A stretch of 64,000 bases of DNA from an uncultured Alphaproteobacteria bacterium. Its GTDB lineage: Bacteria > Pseudomonadota > Alphaproteobacteria > Rhizobiales > Xanthobacteraceae. The stretch lies in contig CAWAXR010000029.1 in NCBI GenBank assembly GCA_963786045.1, forward strand, positions 622 to 64,621, read 5' to 3'. The notes beneath the pieces are model-generated. The model had not been told where the DNA came from, did no database searches, and saw nothing but the letters and a program-made list of their open reading frames with translations. Positions 39,820-51,127 of the stretch are shown piece by piece. The position numbers and the translations under genes were made by a program. Positions within the stretch are counted from its first letter, which is position 1. Each line of letters begins with the position of its first letter.

Positions 39820-40776
39820 TCATGCGTCATTCGCCCGCCGCGAAGGCGGCGGGTGCGGCAATTTGATTCCGCAAGCCTGTTCCCAGTCGAGAAGCGTCGT
39901 CCTGTTGACAAACAGGCGCACAAATTCTTCGGTGGTCAAAGCGCCTCGATTCAAAATACCGATGTCGTTGACGTATTTCACGGGAACAGCCGCAACGCCG
40001 GCCTTGATCGCGGCACGGACATTGCGGTGCCCCTTCACGATGATATGCTTGCCCATATAGAACAGCGCCGTGGGCGCTTCGAACGGGGTAACGCCCAGGC
40101 GTTCGATGTTCTCGGCCATGCCCTCGATTTCCAGCGCCTCCGAGGCCTCTGTGACCCGCGACGGAAACAAAATCGAGGGCGAAACGAGTGCTTTTGCGAA
40201 ATGGAGTTTTGAAAGCCAAAGCTTGTAGCCAACGAGGATGTACTCAACAACCTGGGCCGCATCGAGCAATTCCGTATCGATCACATAGTCAAAATTCCTG
40301 AATGACGCGATCTCGACACCGTACGTATTGAAAAACCGTTTTCTCTCGCTTAGCGCACGTGCCTCGACAGCTCTGGTGGCGGCGTTCAGCGAAACGTATC
40401 TTTCCGCTTCGCGGCGGCCGTCGTGGATAATTCGCCGAGCCGCCTCTTCAGCCGACACAATCAGGCAAACCCGAAAGCTGTCCGACAAAAAAAGCCAGGC
40501 CATTCGCAAATCAACGACGATGTGCTCCAGGCCCGCCAGAGATCGGAGGTCGCTGTCGATCGTTTCGTCGATGCCGGGGGCGTTTTCCGCGACAAGGTTG
40601 AGCTGCAGCGTGGTCAGCCCCAGTGACCGGGCGGTCTCCCGCTGGCGGGATCCTGTCGAGTGGTAATGATAGGCGAGTTCAGTCGCCAAGCTCCGGCCAA
40701 CCGTTGTCTTGCCGCTGCCGGCAGACCCCGCGATCGATATTTGAAGACGACGTATCCGGGTGGCTGGAATGTTCAT
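39820..40776 (-). CDS. Cytidylate kinase-like P-loop kinase fused to a C-terminal ParB/Srx-like domain
   Basis: ISIAGSAGSGKTTVG, STGSRQRETA, IDETID, VVDLRMAW, SERKRFFNTYG, FDYVIDT; C-terminal IIVKGHRNVRAAIKAGVAAVPV; likely start MNIPAT at 40776. Confidence 0.75.
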   Translation of the reverse strand: MNIPATRIRRLQISIAGSAGSGKTTVGRSLATELAYHYHSTGSRQRETARSLGLTTLQLNLVAENAPGIDETIDSDLRSLAGLEHIVVDLRMAWLFLSDSFRVCLIVSAEEAARRIIHDGRREAERYVSLNAATRAVEARALSERKRFFNTYGVEIASFRNFDYVIDTELLDAAQVVEYILVGYKLWLSKLHFAKALVSPSILFPSRVTEASEALEIEGMAENIERLGVTPFEAPTALFYMGKHIIVKGHRNVRAAIKAGVAAVPVKYVNDIGILNRGALTTEEFVRLFVNRTTLLDWEQACGIKLPHPPPSRRANDA

Positions 40777-41172
40777 TTCAGCGGGAACGCCTCGCCTGTT
40801 GATGCAGCGAAATTCATAAAACTTCAATCGATCACGATGGCCGCCGCAGACATTGACGCACATCAATGGTTCCATCGTCTTGGCTGCAATTTCAGGCCCA
40901 CCGGACATCCCGCGAAGGAGCCCGGATCGCCGGACCGGAGGCCGATGGGACGATAACGGTTCCAGCCCCCCTCTGTGATCGCTCCGGACGCGACGGCTAT
41001 CGCCACCTTGATCTCGATCAAGGCCGTTTTCACCAATCGGTTTGTAATTACCAACAAGCTTGGGTGCCGCGTGATGCCGGCCGCGTCTGCCGACGCCCAT
41101 AGGATATGATGATGCCAGTTCGGAGGAACAGGACCCGGCTGGAACGACCGAAGGCGTGCTACTGCGCCAGGC

Positions 41173-42204
41173 TTGGCAGCGGGGTGGATCGTGGCTGATT
41201 TGATTGCGCAACTCGTCGCTCTCGCATTCGCCATCTTGCCGGCTGTAGCTGCGGCTGAGCCGATCACGCTCAAATTATCGTTCTTCAGCTCCGACCGTTC
41301 GCATCTCTATCTTTCGGGTGCCAAGCCATTCGTCGATGCGGTCAACGCCGATGGCACAGGGCGCGTGCGCATTGAAGCGTATTTGAGCGGACGGCTCGGC
41401 GGCCTCGAGCAATTATCGCAATTGATCCGCGATGGCACCGTGGACATCGGTTACGTCATCCCGCCCTACGAGCGGTCGGCATTCCCCGACGCTTCCGTGA
41501 TGGAACTTCCAGGCCTTTACAAGGATGCCGCCGAGGCGACGCAGGTCTTCTCGCAGCTCGTCCACGCTGGAATGATCCGCGGCTTCAGCGGCTTTTACGT
41601 GATCGGGACTTTTGCCAGCGAACCGGAAAGCATCCATACTCGCCCGCCGGTTACCTCGCTCGCCGATTTGAAGGGTAAGAGCATTCGCACCAACAATGAG
41701 ACCGAAACCGAGGTTCTCAACAGGCTCGGCGCCAAGCCATCCATAATTCCGATCAACCAGACGGCGCAGGCGATCAGCAGCGGGCAGATCGATGGCGCCC
41801 TGGTGCCGCCGGTTCCGATGATCGAGTTCGGCATCGGCCGCGTCGCGCCATACCACTATCTCCTGCGTACCTCGTGCGTACCGCAGACGTTGCTGATGAA
41901 CCGCGAAAAATTCGACAGCCTTCCTGACGACGTGAAGGCCATCATCCGCAAGTACAGCGGCGTCTGGTTCGTGAACAGTTACATCCGGGTCAACGGAGAC
42001 GCCACCGCCCAGACCATGCGGCAGCTCGAATCCGACCCCAGGAGAAAGGTGACATTTCCGTCGCCGGCCGACATGCAGACGGCGGAGGCCGTTTTCAAAA
42101 CGATCGTCGACGCCTACGCGGCGACAAGTCCCCAGAACGCCGAGCTCGTCCGCGCCGCTCGGGCCACCGTTGCAAACCTTCGCGCCAGCAAGGTGCATCA
42201 ATGA
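41173..42204 (+). CDS. TRAP DctP-family solute-binding protein, copy 1
   Basis: AAAEPITLKLSFF, GTVDIG, MELPGL, DLKGKSIR, AISSGQIDG; start uncertain (possible frameshifted start near 41106). Confidence 0.87.
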   Translation: MAAGWIVADLIAQLVALAFAILPAVAAAEPITLKLSFFSSDRSHLYLSGAKPFVDAVNADGTGRVRIEAYLSGRLGGLEQLSQLIRDGTVDIGYVIPPYERSAFPDASVMELPGLYKDAAEATQVFSQLVHAGMIRGFSGFYVIGTFASEPESIHTRPPVTSLADLKGKSIRTNNETETEVLNRLGAKPSIIPINQTAQAISSGQIDGALVPPVPMIEFGIGRVAPYHYLLRTSCVPQTLLMNREKFDSLPDDVKAIIRKYSGVWFVNSYIRVNGDATAQTMRQLESDPRRKVTFPSPADMQTAEAVFKTIVDAYAATSPQNAELVRAARATVANLRASKVHQ

Positions 42205-43271
42205 TGCGGGCCCAGCGATCTCCGGCGATTGCAATGGCGCGATCAAATCCGCGCCTGAATGCCGTGGCGCGGATTGCGGCGATGATGACAGCACTGCTGT
42301 TCTCATGCGCGGCGGCCGCCGAGCCAATCACGCTGAAGTTGGCGTTCTTCAGCTCGGATCGCTCGCTTCTCTATCTTGTCGCCCCCAAACCATTTGTCGA
42401 TGCGGTCAATGCCGCAGGAAGAGGGCGTGTCGGAATTGAACCGTATTTCAGCGGCCGGCTCGGCGGCCCGGAGCAGATCTCGCAACTCGTCCGCGACGGT
42501 ACCGTGGATATCGGTTTCGTCATTCCGTCCTACGATCGTGCGGCCTTCCCCGATGCTTCCATCATGGAACTCCCCGGCCTGTTCAAGGATGCGACGGAGG
42601 CGACACAGGTCTTATCTCAGCTCGTCGGGGCCGGCGTTCTCCGCGATTTCAGCGATTTTTACCTGATTGGCGCCTATGCCGGCGATCCGGAAGACATCCA
42701 TGCCCGGCCGCCGGTAGTCTCCCTCGCCGATTTGAGAGGCAAACGCTTCCGCGTGAATAACGAGATTGAAGCCGAGATACTCGAGAAGCTCGGCGCCCAC
42801 TCGTTAACTCTCCCGATCAACCAGACGACCCAGGCGATCAGCAGCGGGCAACTCGACGGCGCGTTGGCGGCGCCGGTCCCGCTGATCGAGTTCGGCATCG
42901 GCCGGGTGGCGCCATACCACTATTTCTTGCACACGTCGTTCATACCGCAGGCATTGCTGATGAACCGCGAGAAATTCGACCGCCTGCCAAGCGATGTGCA
43001 AGCCATCATCCGCAAGTACAGCGGCGCCTGGCTTCTGGACAATTTCATTCGGATCAACGCAGACGCCAACGCGCAGATCGTGCGGCAACTTGAATCCGAT
43101 CCCAAAAGAACGGTCACGTTTCCATCGCCAGCCGACCAGCAGACGGCAGACGCCGTTTTCAAATCGATCGTCGATGCCTACGCGGCGAAAGGTCCCCACA
43201 ATGCCGAGCTCGTCGGCGCTGCCCGTGCCGCCGTTGCAAAACTTCGCGGCGACAGTGAGGTGCGTCAATGA
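42201..43271 (+). CDS. TRAP DctP-family solute-binding protein, copy 2
   Basis: Paralog of copy 1; ATGA overlap; DLRGKRFR, AISSGQLDG. Confidence 0.88.
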   Translation: MMRAQRSPAIAMARSNPRLNAVARIAAMMTALLFSCAAAAEPITLKLAFFSSDRSLLYLVAPKPFVDAVNAAGRGRVGIEPYFSGRLGGPEQISQLVRDGTVDIGFVIPSYDRAAFPDASIMELPGLFKDATEATQVLSQLVGAGVLRDFSDFYLIGAYAGDPEDIHARPPVVSLADLRGKRFRVNNEIEAEILEKLGAHSLTLPINQTTQAISSGQLDGALAAPVPLIEFGIGRVAPYHYFLHTSFIPQALLMNREKFDRLPSDVQAIIRKYSGAWLLDNFIRINADANAQIVRQLESDPKRTVTFPSPADQQTADAVFKSIVDAYAAKGPHNAELVGAARAAVAKLRGDSEVRQ

Positions 43272-44328
43272 TGCGGACCCGAAGACGTCCGGCAATCGCG
43301 ATAGCGGGAGTGTATCCAGGCTTGAGCGCCGCGGTGGGCATCCCTGCGATGACGATCGCCCTGCTGCTCTCGTTCGCGGCCGCCGCAGAGCCGATCACGC
43401 TCAAGCTGTCGTTCTTCAGCTCGGATCGCTCGCTTCTCTATCTTGTAGGCCCCAAGCCGTTCGTCGACGCGGTCAATGCCGAAGGCAGAGGTCGTGTCAG
43501 AATCGAACCGTATTTCAGCAACCGGCTCGGCGGCCCGGAGCATCTCTCGCAACTGATCCGCGATGGCACCGTGGATATCGGTTTCGAAGTCCCGTCCTAC
43601 GAACGTGCGGTCTTCCCCGATGTCGGCATCATCGAACTCCCCGGCCTGTATCGGGATGCGGCGGAGGCGACGCAGGTTTTCTCGCAGCTCGTCGAGGCCG
43701 GCGCTCTCCGCGGCTTCAGCGATTTTTACGTGATCGGGGCCTTTGCCGGCGAGCCGGAAAGCATCCATGCGCGCCCGCCGGTCGTCTCGCTCGCCGATCT
43801 GAAAGGCAAACGCATCCGAGTGAACAACGAGATTGAAGCCGAAGATACTCGAGAAGCTCGGCGCCCATTCGTCAATTCTGCTGATCGGCCGGACGACCGA
43901 GGCGATCAGCAGCGGGCAACTCGACGGCGCTTTGTTGCCGCCGGTTCCGATGACGGACTTCGGCATCGGCCGGGTGGCGCCATACCACTATTTTTTGCGG
44001 ACGTCGTGCATACCGCTGACGGTGCTGATGAACCGCGAAGAAATTCGACAGCCTGCCCGGCGACGTGCAGGCGATCATCCGCAAATACAGCGGCATCTGG
44101 TTCGTGAACAGCTACATCCGGCTATACGAGGACGCCAACCTGCAGATCATGCGGCAACTGGAATCCGATCCCAAGAGAAAGGTCACGTTTCCATCGCCAG
44201 CCGACATGCAAACAGCAGACGCCATTTTCAAATCGATCGTCGACGACTACGCGGCGAAAAGTCCACACAACGCCGAGCTCGTTCGCGCCGCTCGGGCGGC
44301 CGTTGCGAAGCTGCGCAGCGCCAAATGA
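43268..44328 (+). CDS. TRAP DctP-family solute-binding protein, copy 3 (two +1 frameshifts)
   Basis: ATGA overlap; an extra A near 43848 (GAAGCCGAAGATACTC vs GAAGCCGAGATACTC in copy 2) and near 44039 (CGCGAAGAAATTC vs CGCGAGAAATTC). Confidence 0.85.
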
Positions 44329-44338
44329 GGTGAAGCCA

Positions 44339-45401
44339 ATGACGCGGATTCCAGGATGTCCGGCTCTCGCGGTAACGAAGTCAAATCCGCGACTGAACGC
44401 CGTGGCGGGGATCTGCGCAACGATGCGCCCTGCTGCTCTCGTTCGCGGCCGCCGCAGAGCCGATCACGCTCAAACTGTCGTTCGTCGGATCCGAGGACAT
44501 CAGCATTTATCGGTATGGGGTCAAGCCGTTCGTCGATGGAATCAACCGCGAGGGAGATGGGCTTCTGAAGATCGATGTCTATCCCAACGGCACTCTCGTC
44601 AAGGCCCTGGCCGAGCAGCCGCAAATGGTCCTCGAAGGACGCGCGGACATCGCCTATGTCGTTCCCGGCCAGACGCCCTATCGATTTCCCGACAACGCGC
44701 TGATCGAGCTCCCCGGTCAGTTTCGCGACGCCCGGGAGGGAACGCTCGCCTATAGCCGCCTGATCGCCGCCAACGCGTTACGCGGGTATCAGGAGTTCTT
44801 CGTGATCGGAGCCTACACGTCCGACCCGGCCACCATCCACAGCCGCAAGCCAATCGACTCGCTTGCCGCCATCGAGGGGCAACGGCTCCGCGCCAACAAT
44901 CAGATCGAGGCGGAGGTCCTGGAGCGCCTGGGCGCCATGTCCACCGTTCTGCCGGCATCGCAACTTGCAAAGGCGATTGGCAGCGGCGCCATCGATGGCG
45001 TCGCCATGGGCCCGACGGCCTTGTTCGATTACGGCATCGGGCCGCTGGCGACGAACCATTACCTCCTGCGTGGCGGCGTAGCGCCAAACCTGCTGGTCAT
45101 GAACCGCAGGACATTCGACGGTTTGCCCGAAGCGGCGCAGGCGCTCATTCGCAAGTTCAGCGGCGAGCGAGCGGCCGCGACCTGGATCGAGTTCTACGCG
45201 CCCTCCGAAACGCAGACCCTCGAGAAGATCAAATCGGATCCCCGGCGCAAGGTGGTCGAACCTTCGCCGTCCGACCTCGAGACCGCGCAGCAAGTCTATC
45301 GATCCCTGATCGACGCCTGGGCGGCCAAAAGCTCCCACAACCGCGAACTCCTGAAAATGATCGGGGCGGAACTCGCGACCATCCGGTCAAACAGTCGGTA
45401 A
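44339..45401 (+). CDS. TRAP DctP-family solute-binding protein, copy 4 (divergent; frameshifted near the N-terminus)
   Basis: GAGGTG RBS; same leader style as the other copies; GRADIAY, IELPGQF, IEGQRLRANN, IGSGAIDG. Confidence 0.83.
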
Positions 45402-45408
45402 GGCGCAC

Positions 45409-47408
45409 ATGGAAACGCTCGAAAATACATCCGTCTGGCGCTACCTGGTATTGCTCGTCGTGGTCCTCGGCCTGTTGGTCGGTGGCACGTGGATCACGGT
45501 CAAGACCACGACCGATCATCTGCTCTATCGGAACGCAACCCGCGCCGCGCAGAACTGGGCGCAATATCTGGCCGGGAATGTCAGCGACCTGGAGCAGATC
45601 GCGGCCGGCGAAACGCCGTCCTCCGCCAGCGTCGCGTTTTTCGAGGCGACGCGCAATGCCGGCGAGGTTTACCGCTATACGATCTTCAATCGCTACGGTT
45701 ATTCGGTGCTGGTCTCCGACCGCAACAAGATCACCCCCGTCGACGTATCCGACTTCAGCGCCGCCGCCGCCAGTTCGATCAAGGAGGACAAGCCCGTCGT
45801 CGATGCCAAAAAAGGCAGCGCGCCCGGCGAGCCGGAGTATTTTTCCGAAGCCTATGTGCCGGTCCTGGTCGGCGAACGTCCGGTCGGCGTCGTCGCCGCC
45901 TATGTCGACCAGACCGCAGAACGTAACGATTTCTACCAGGACCTTTCTGGTGGCGGCGGCTGTCGCTCTGCGCGTTGACCGGATTTTCCTTCGGCCTGCC
46001 GGCCATCGCGTGGTACCGGCGCACCCGGGAGAAGCAGCAGGCCGATCGCCGTATCCGATTTCTCGCCCACCATGACGTGCTGACCGGCCTCCCCAACCGC
46101 GCGCGCGTGATCGAGCGGCTGGAAGGGGCACTTGCGGTGTTACCGTCGACAGACGGCCACGTCGCCGTCCACTTCATAGATGTCGATCACTTCAAGCAGG
46201 TGAACGACACGCTCGGCCATGACGCCGGCGATTTTCTGCTCAGAACTATCGGCGAGCGGTTGAGCGCGATGACCGGATGGAGGACATTGTGGGGCGGCTC
46301 GGCGGCGATGAATTCGTCGTGGTGCAGACTGGCCTCGCGGGCAGGCAGATGGCCGAGGAGCTCGCCAGGCGGATCACCTCGGTCCTGAGCGCGCCGGCCT
46401 ATTTCAGGGAACAGGAAATCCGCCCGACATTTACCATCGGCGTTGCTCTCGCGCCCACCGATGGCGCCACCGCCGAGCGCCTGCTCAAGAGCGCGGACCT
46501 CGCGCTCTACAATGGCAAGGAAGCCGGCCGCGACTGCATTCGCTTCTTCGAACCGGATATGGACGCGGCGATGCAAACGCGCATCAGGCTCGAACGCATC
46601 GTCCGCGATGCGGTGGAGAAAAACCGTTTCGAGGTGTACTATCAGCCGATATTCGAAATGAACAGCAAACACCTGGTCGGGTTCGAGGCGCTGGCGCGCC
46701 TGAAAGCGCCCGATGGAACGTCGATCCCCCCGGACGTCTTCATCCCGATCGCGGAAGAACTCCGCCTCATCGACAGGCTCGGGGCCTGGGTGCTGGCGCG
46801 AGTCCTGCCGGACGGCAATATCGTGGCCGAAAGGGTTGACCATCGCGGTGAATTTGTCGCCGTCGCAATTCGAATCCGGGATGATCGAGAAGACCGTCGC
46901 CACCGCACTGAAGGAAACCGGACTGAAGCCGGACCGGCTTGAACTGGAAATCACCGAGGCGCTGCTGCTGCGCAACAGCGAACCTGTCATGGAGACGCTC
47001 AGGCGAATCAAGGCAACCGGAGTTTCGATTGTCATGGATGATTTTGGGACCGGCTATTCGAGCCTGAGCTATCTCTGGAAGTTTCCGTTCGACAAGATCA
47101 AGATCGACCGCAGCTTCATGCAGAGCTTCGAAAAATCGGGACACGACGTCGAGACGGTGGTGAAAACGATTATTGCGCTCGGGCGCGAACTGAATATGCG
47201 GGTGACTGTGGAAGGCGTCGAAACCGCTGGCCAGGTTGACTTTCTCTACGACGCGGACGCCGACCAGGTGCAGGGCTTCTATTTCGGCCATCCGGAACCG
47301 GCTTCCGGAATTAGCAGCGATATTCTCAAGCAAGCTTCCCAAACCGGCCCGGCCGAAACGCCGGCGGCTGCAGATTTGCACGAGGTCAAGCCACCCGAGG
47401 GCGCGTGA
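45409..47408 (+). CDS. TM-periplasmic (Cache-like)-TM-GGDEF-EAL protein, with frameshifts
   Basis: Fragments 45409-45978, 45975-46388, 46277-46942 and 46713-47408; HDVLTGLPNR, RLGGDEF, FEALARL, DDFGTGYSSLSYL; starts 7 bp after DctP copy 4. Confidence 0.83.
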
Positions 47409-47504
47409 CCCATCAGCCAGGCGAGAATACGCCGGAAGTTATTTCTTACGACGGAGAGGATGGCACCGCCCTCGCAATCGGTACGCTTCGGCAATATGAC
47501 CGCC

Positions 47505-48839
47505 TCACTCCACCAGCGCAGTCGCGCCGCCGCTCCCGATCGGGCTGGTGCCCATGCCGGCGCAATTGTTTGAGAATTGCGCGCCGCCCTGAAAATTGAT
47601 TGTTCCCGCGAGGAGCTGGGTGCAGCCCGATGGATTGGTGATGCCGTTTTGGAAGTTCACTTGCGTGCGGGGAAAATAGATTGCACCGGTGATTGTCATG
47701 TTGGCTCCGCCCGCCGAAAGTGCTGCTGTGGTCGTGGTATAGGGGGCGTTCTTGTCTCCGAAGAAGACAAGGCCCGCCGTTGCGCCAGAGGTCGGGGCGC
47801 TCAGCGTGACCGTGCGCCGTTTCCAATGGTGACCCGTCCATAACTGCTGCCACTGCCGGTGAGGACGATCGTGACGCCCGTGCCGTTCAGATCACGGCGC
47901 CGCCGACATCAAATTTTCCCCTGTTGAGGTAGTAAACGCCGGGATTCAGCTTGATTAGTGCGTCGTTCGTGAACGAGACGCCATTACACCAGTGCCGGGA
48001 CTTAGGGTCTGGAGTCCCGAATTGCTGTGCCCGTAGCTCTTTGTTGCTGCCAAGGTTGCAACTGCTGAGAGGAGGGCTCGGCACCGGTATCGACACGCCA
48101 GCGTAGGGGTCGATATTCGCCGGACATGCCCCCTGGGACGCCTTGCATGTGGGAGCCGAACATTTGGCTACATTATTGATCAGGGCGCCGTTGGTGATCG
48201 AAGCTTTACCGGCGACGGACACCGTTTGTTTGGTCGTCAAATTGCCCGCCGCATCGGTGAGATTTAGATCGTACCGCCACTCATCGACAGCGCCGTATTC
48301 CCCATGGAACACACCTGCATTCCGCATTGCTTGAGAGTGACCGCCGCGCCATTGGCGATGGTGACCCCGGGGTTTTTGTTGGGGAGGAGCTGCGCCGCGC
48401 AGCTTCCTCCCGCTCCCACTATCGCCACCGCCCGCGCGCGACGCTGAACAGACCGCTGCGGAACAGGCTGACCAGGCTCAGCGTCTGCGGCTCGGTGATG
48501 ATCACCTCGACAGCGCTGTTGTCAGCCGCGTGGTCACCACTCAGCGGCGGCCGGTTCACCGCAACCGTCACGCCACCGACGCCGTCGACGAATCCCGAGA
48601 AAACCGGTCGTGCCGCGTGCCTCGACCTCTGGGGCAGGATGGCCTGTTTGAACGGCGGTAGCCCCACCAAACGCTGCCGCATCAGCGGCCGACTGCATCT
48701 GGCGTTGTTTGTACAGCAGGAATGCGATCTCCGAACCCAGCGCGAGCGTTCCGAGCGCGACCGGCAGCGTAATGGCCATGATAATTGCGACGCTACCCCG
48801 CCGGGCCCCCCGAATACGGCGCGTCAATGCTGCGAGCAT
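47505..48839 (-). CDS. TadG-like pilus assembly protein, multiply frameshifted
   Basis: RRGSVAIIMAITLPVALG, QMQSAADAAA, LNPGVYY, C-terminal GAIYFP..CTQLLAGTINFQG..LVE. Confidence 0.75.
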
Positions 48840-49291
48840 CGCTGTGATCCTGTGCGTATGGTCCCGAAACCAATCCGACGGCGGCACTCCTGGCGGATTA
48901 AATGAAGCCAACGCTAACTCGGGCTGACGAGGGACCTTTGTCCTGGATCAAAAAGGGCAAAATACGAGATAACGACCGCGAGAGGAAACCTTCAAATCAC
49001 TGCGGCGTACAACGGCCATCGCTTGGATCGACTTCACCAGAGGTACGGGAAACTTTAGACGTATTCGGGTCAGGCGTCGGACGACATTGACATACGTCAA
49101 TATGCGATCCGCTGTCGGGGCCAAGCATAGCGGTCGCCGTCGGCTAGACGACAAACACAGCAGGAATTGGGCATCAACCGATTGGTCGCAGGCCTTATTG
49201 AGCGGGAACCAGAAGGGCGAGCGAAGATGTTTCAGCTCCATCAAAATTCCAAAGGCAATTCTCTTGGGTCACTCTGGCTAACACTCGCGGC

Positions 49292-49675
49292 GTGGCTGCA
49301 ATCGAATTCGCCATCATGACCTCGCATCTCTTTGTCCCCTTCCTCGGTGGCGTCGAGGTCGGCTACGCGGCCTTCCAGGCGATGCAGGCGCCGAAAAGCG
49401 CGGCGGAAGCAGGGGCGCTCTATGCTTCGAAAAACGGCTTCGACCCGACGGATATCAGCTTGGCGGTTCGGAATGCATCTGCGGCAACGGAGGTGACGGC
49501 GGTTCCCGCGCCGTCAGAATTTTATGGCTGCCCGACAACAGCGGGATTACGCCGCTGGGGACACCGTCCCCCCGCTCCCCCCGCCAAACTGTGCGGACGG
49601 GACTTCGCCGGGGACCTACGTTCAGATCAATGCCGTGACGACGCGCGTGTCGCTGGATTCCGAACTCGTTGCTAG
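49292..49675 (+). CDS. TadE/TadF-like pseudopilin, frameshifted
   Basis: GVAAIEFAI..LFVPFLGGVEVG, AAEAGALYA; the C-terminus (CADGTSPGTYVQI) is in another frame. Confidence 0.7.
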   Translation: MAAIEFAIMTSHLFVPFLGGVEVGYAAFQAMQAPKSAAEAGALYASKNGFDPTDISLAVRNASAATEVTAVPAPSEFYGCPTTAGLRRWGHRPPAPPAKLCGRDFAGDLRSDQCRDDARVAGFRTRC

Positions 49676-49725
49676 GGCTGCCGCCGACGTTCTTGGCGAC
49701 ATCGGTTGTCAGGTTGAGCTAGGCG

Positions 49726-50152
49726 ATGGTACACTCGCCGCGATTGCCATTCATCTTTCACCGACGCGGGTCGACCGCGATCGAGTATGCGATCGTGCTG
49801 CCGGTGCTGTTGATGTTCGTGCTTGGTATCATCGATGCCGGGCGGCTGCTCTGGACCTACGTCACGATTTACCGGGCGACCGAGGCGGCCGCGCGTTGTG
49901 CGGCCATCAAGGCCGCGGCGCCGGACCTGCTCGACTTCGGCCCAAACCCAAAGCTATGCGGTCGACGCGGCGTGGGGGCTCACGATCACGCACTCCGCTT
50001 TCACGGTCAGCAATCCGGCGTGCGGAATGCAGGTCCACGCGAGCTATGATTTCCAGTTCGTCATTCCGTGGTTTCCCCAGTTCGGTGAATCACCGCCTGG
50101 AACGACAAGGCTGGTAGCGACCGTATGTTATCCTTTCACGCCGCCGGCCTGA
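49726..50152 (+). CDS. TadE-like pseudopilin, frameshifted
   Basis: RRGSTAIEYAIVLPVLLMFVLGIIDAG, ATEAAARCAA; continues in the 49823-50152 frame. Confidence 0.78.
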
Positions 50153-50165
50153 ATGGCAATCGGTC

Positions 50166-51111
50166 TCACCGCTTTGACATGACGTCGATCAGCTGCAGCG
50201 CCGCCGGCCCGCCGACGATCAGAAATATGGTCGGCATGATGAACAGCATCATCGGCACGGTCAGAAGGGCCGGAAGCTGATTGGCGCGCTCCTCGAGCTG
50301 GATCAGGGCTTCGTCGCGCATCTGTGCCGAGATCACGCGAAGCGCCTGGGCAAGCGGCGTACCGTAGCGAAGGGTCTGGGCCAACGTCGTGACGACCGAT
50401 CTGATGCTCGGTACGTCGACGCGATCGGCCATTCGCATCAGCGCCTCGTCGCGGCTCGGCAGGATCTGCATGTCCGCCGACGTTATCGCCAGCTCATCTG
50501 CCAAAGCGGGCTGGGATTGCTCGAGTTCGATCACCACGCGCGTCAGCGCATTCTCGAGAGAAAGGCCGGCTTCCACGCATACCACCAGCAGGTCGAGAGC
50601 CTCGGGCATCGAGGCCGCAACTGCCTTTGCCCGTCGTTTGGCGCTCGATTTGATAAGCATGGGGGGCAACAGCCAACCCGCAATGGCGCCGACCGCAAAC
50701 GCCAGCGGCGTCCCAAGGGAATTTTCGACAGAGAGGCGACTTGCCCTACCCCGATCACCGCCAGTCCGCCGAGAACCAGGGCGACGAGAACCCGGCCTGC
50801 GGTAAAGTAGGAAGATGCCCGAGCAGCCGGAATGCCAAGTTTGGACAATCTCCGAATCATCTCCAGCTCTTCCCGTTCCGAGACCCCTTGCCCGCGCGAG
50901 CCGGCCGCACGCTTCTCAAGCGATGGCGACGTGGCTTTAGGCACGACGACAATCTCGGTTTGACCATATCGACGCGCCGCGCGACCGCCTCGCCGCCGAT
51001 GCGGACGCTCGAGGCGATCAATATCGCCCCGCTGATCACAAGCGCCATCGCTCCAAAAATCGCCAGCAAGCTCGGCGTCGAAGCGAAAACGTCCGGCAGG
51101 ATCGACATCAT
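50166..51111 (-). CDS. tadC: TadC type II secretion F-family membrane protein, frameshifted
   Basis: PEALDLLVVCVEAGLSLE, QTLRYGTPLAQALR, EERANQLPALLTVPM. Confidence 0.83.
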
Positions 51112-51127
51112 GATTTGTCTTCCGTGG

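Noticed and set aside
41173-45401. Tandem ~1 kb repeats as a possible assembly duplication or repeat array
   Set aside because: The copies are diverged at protein level, each with its own start and coupled stop, so they are true paralogs.
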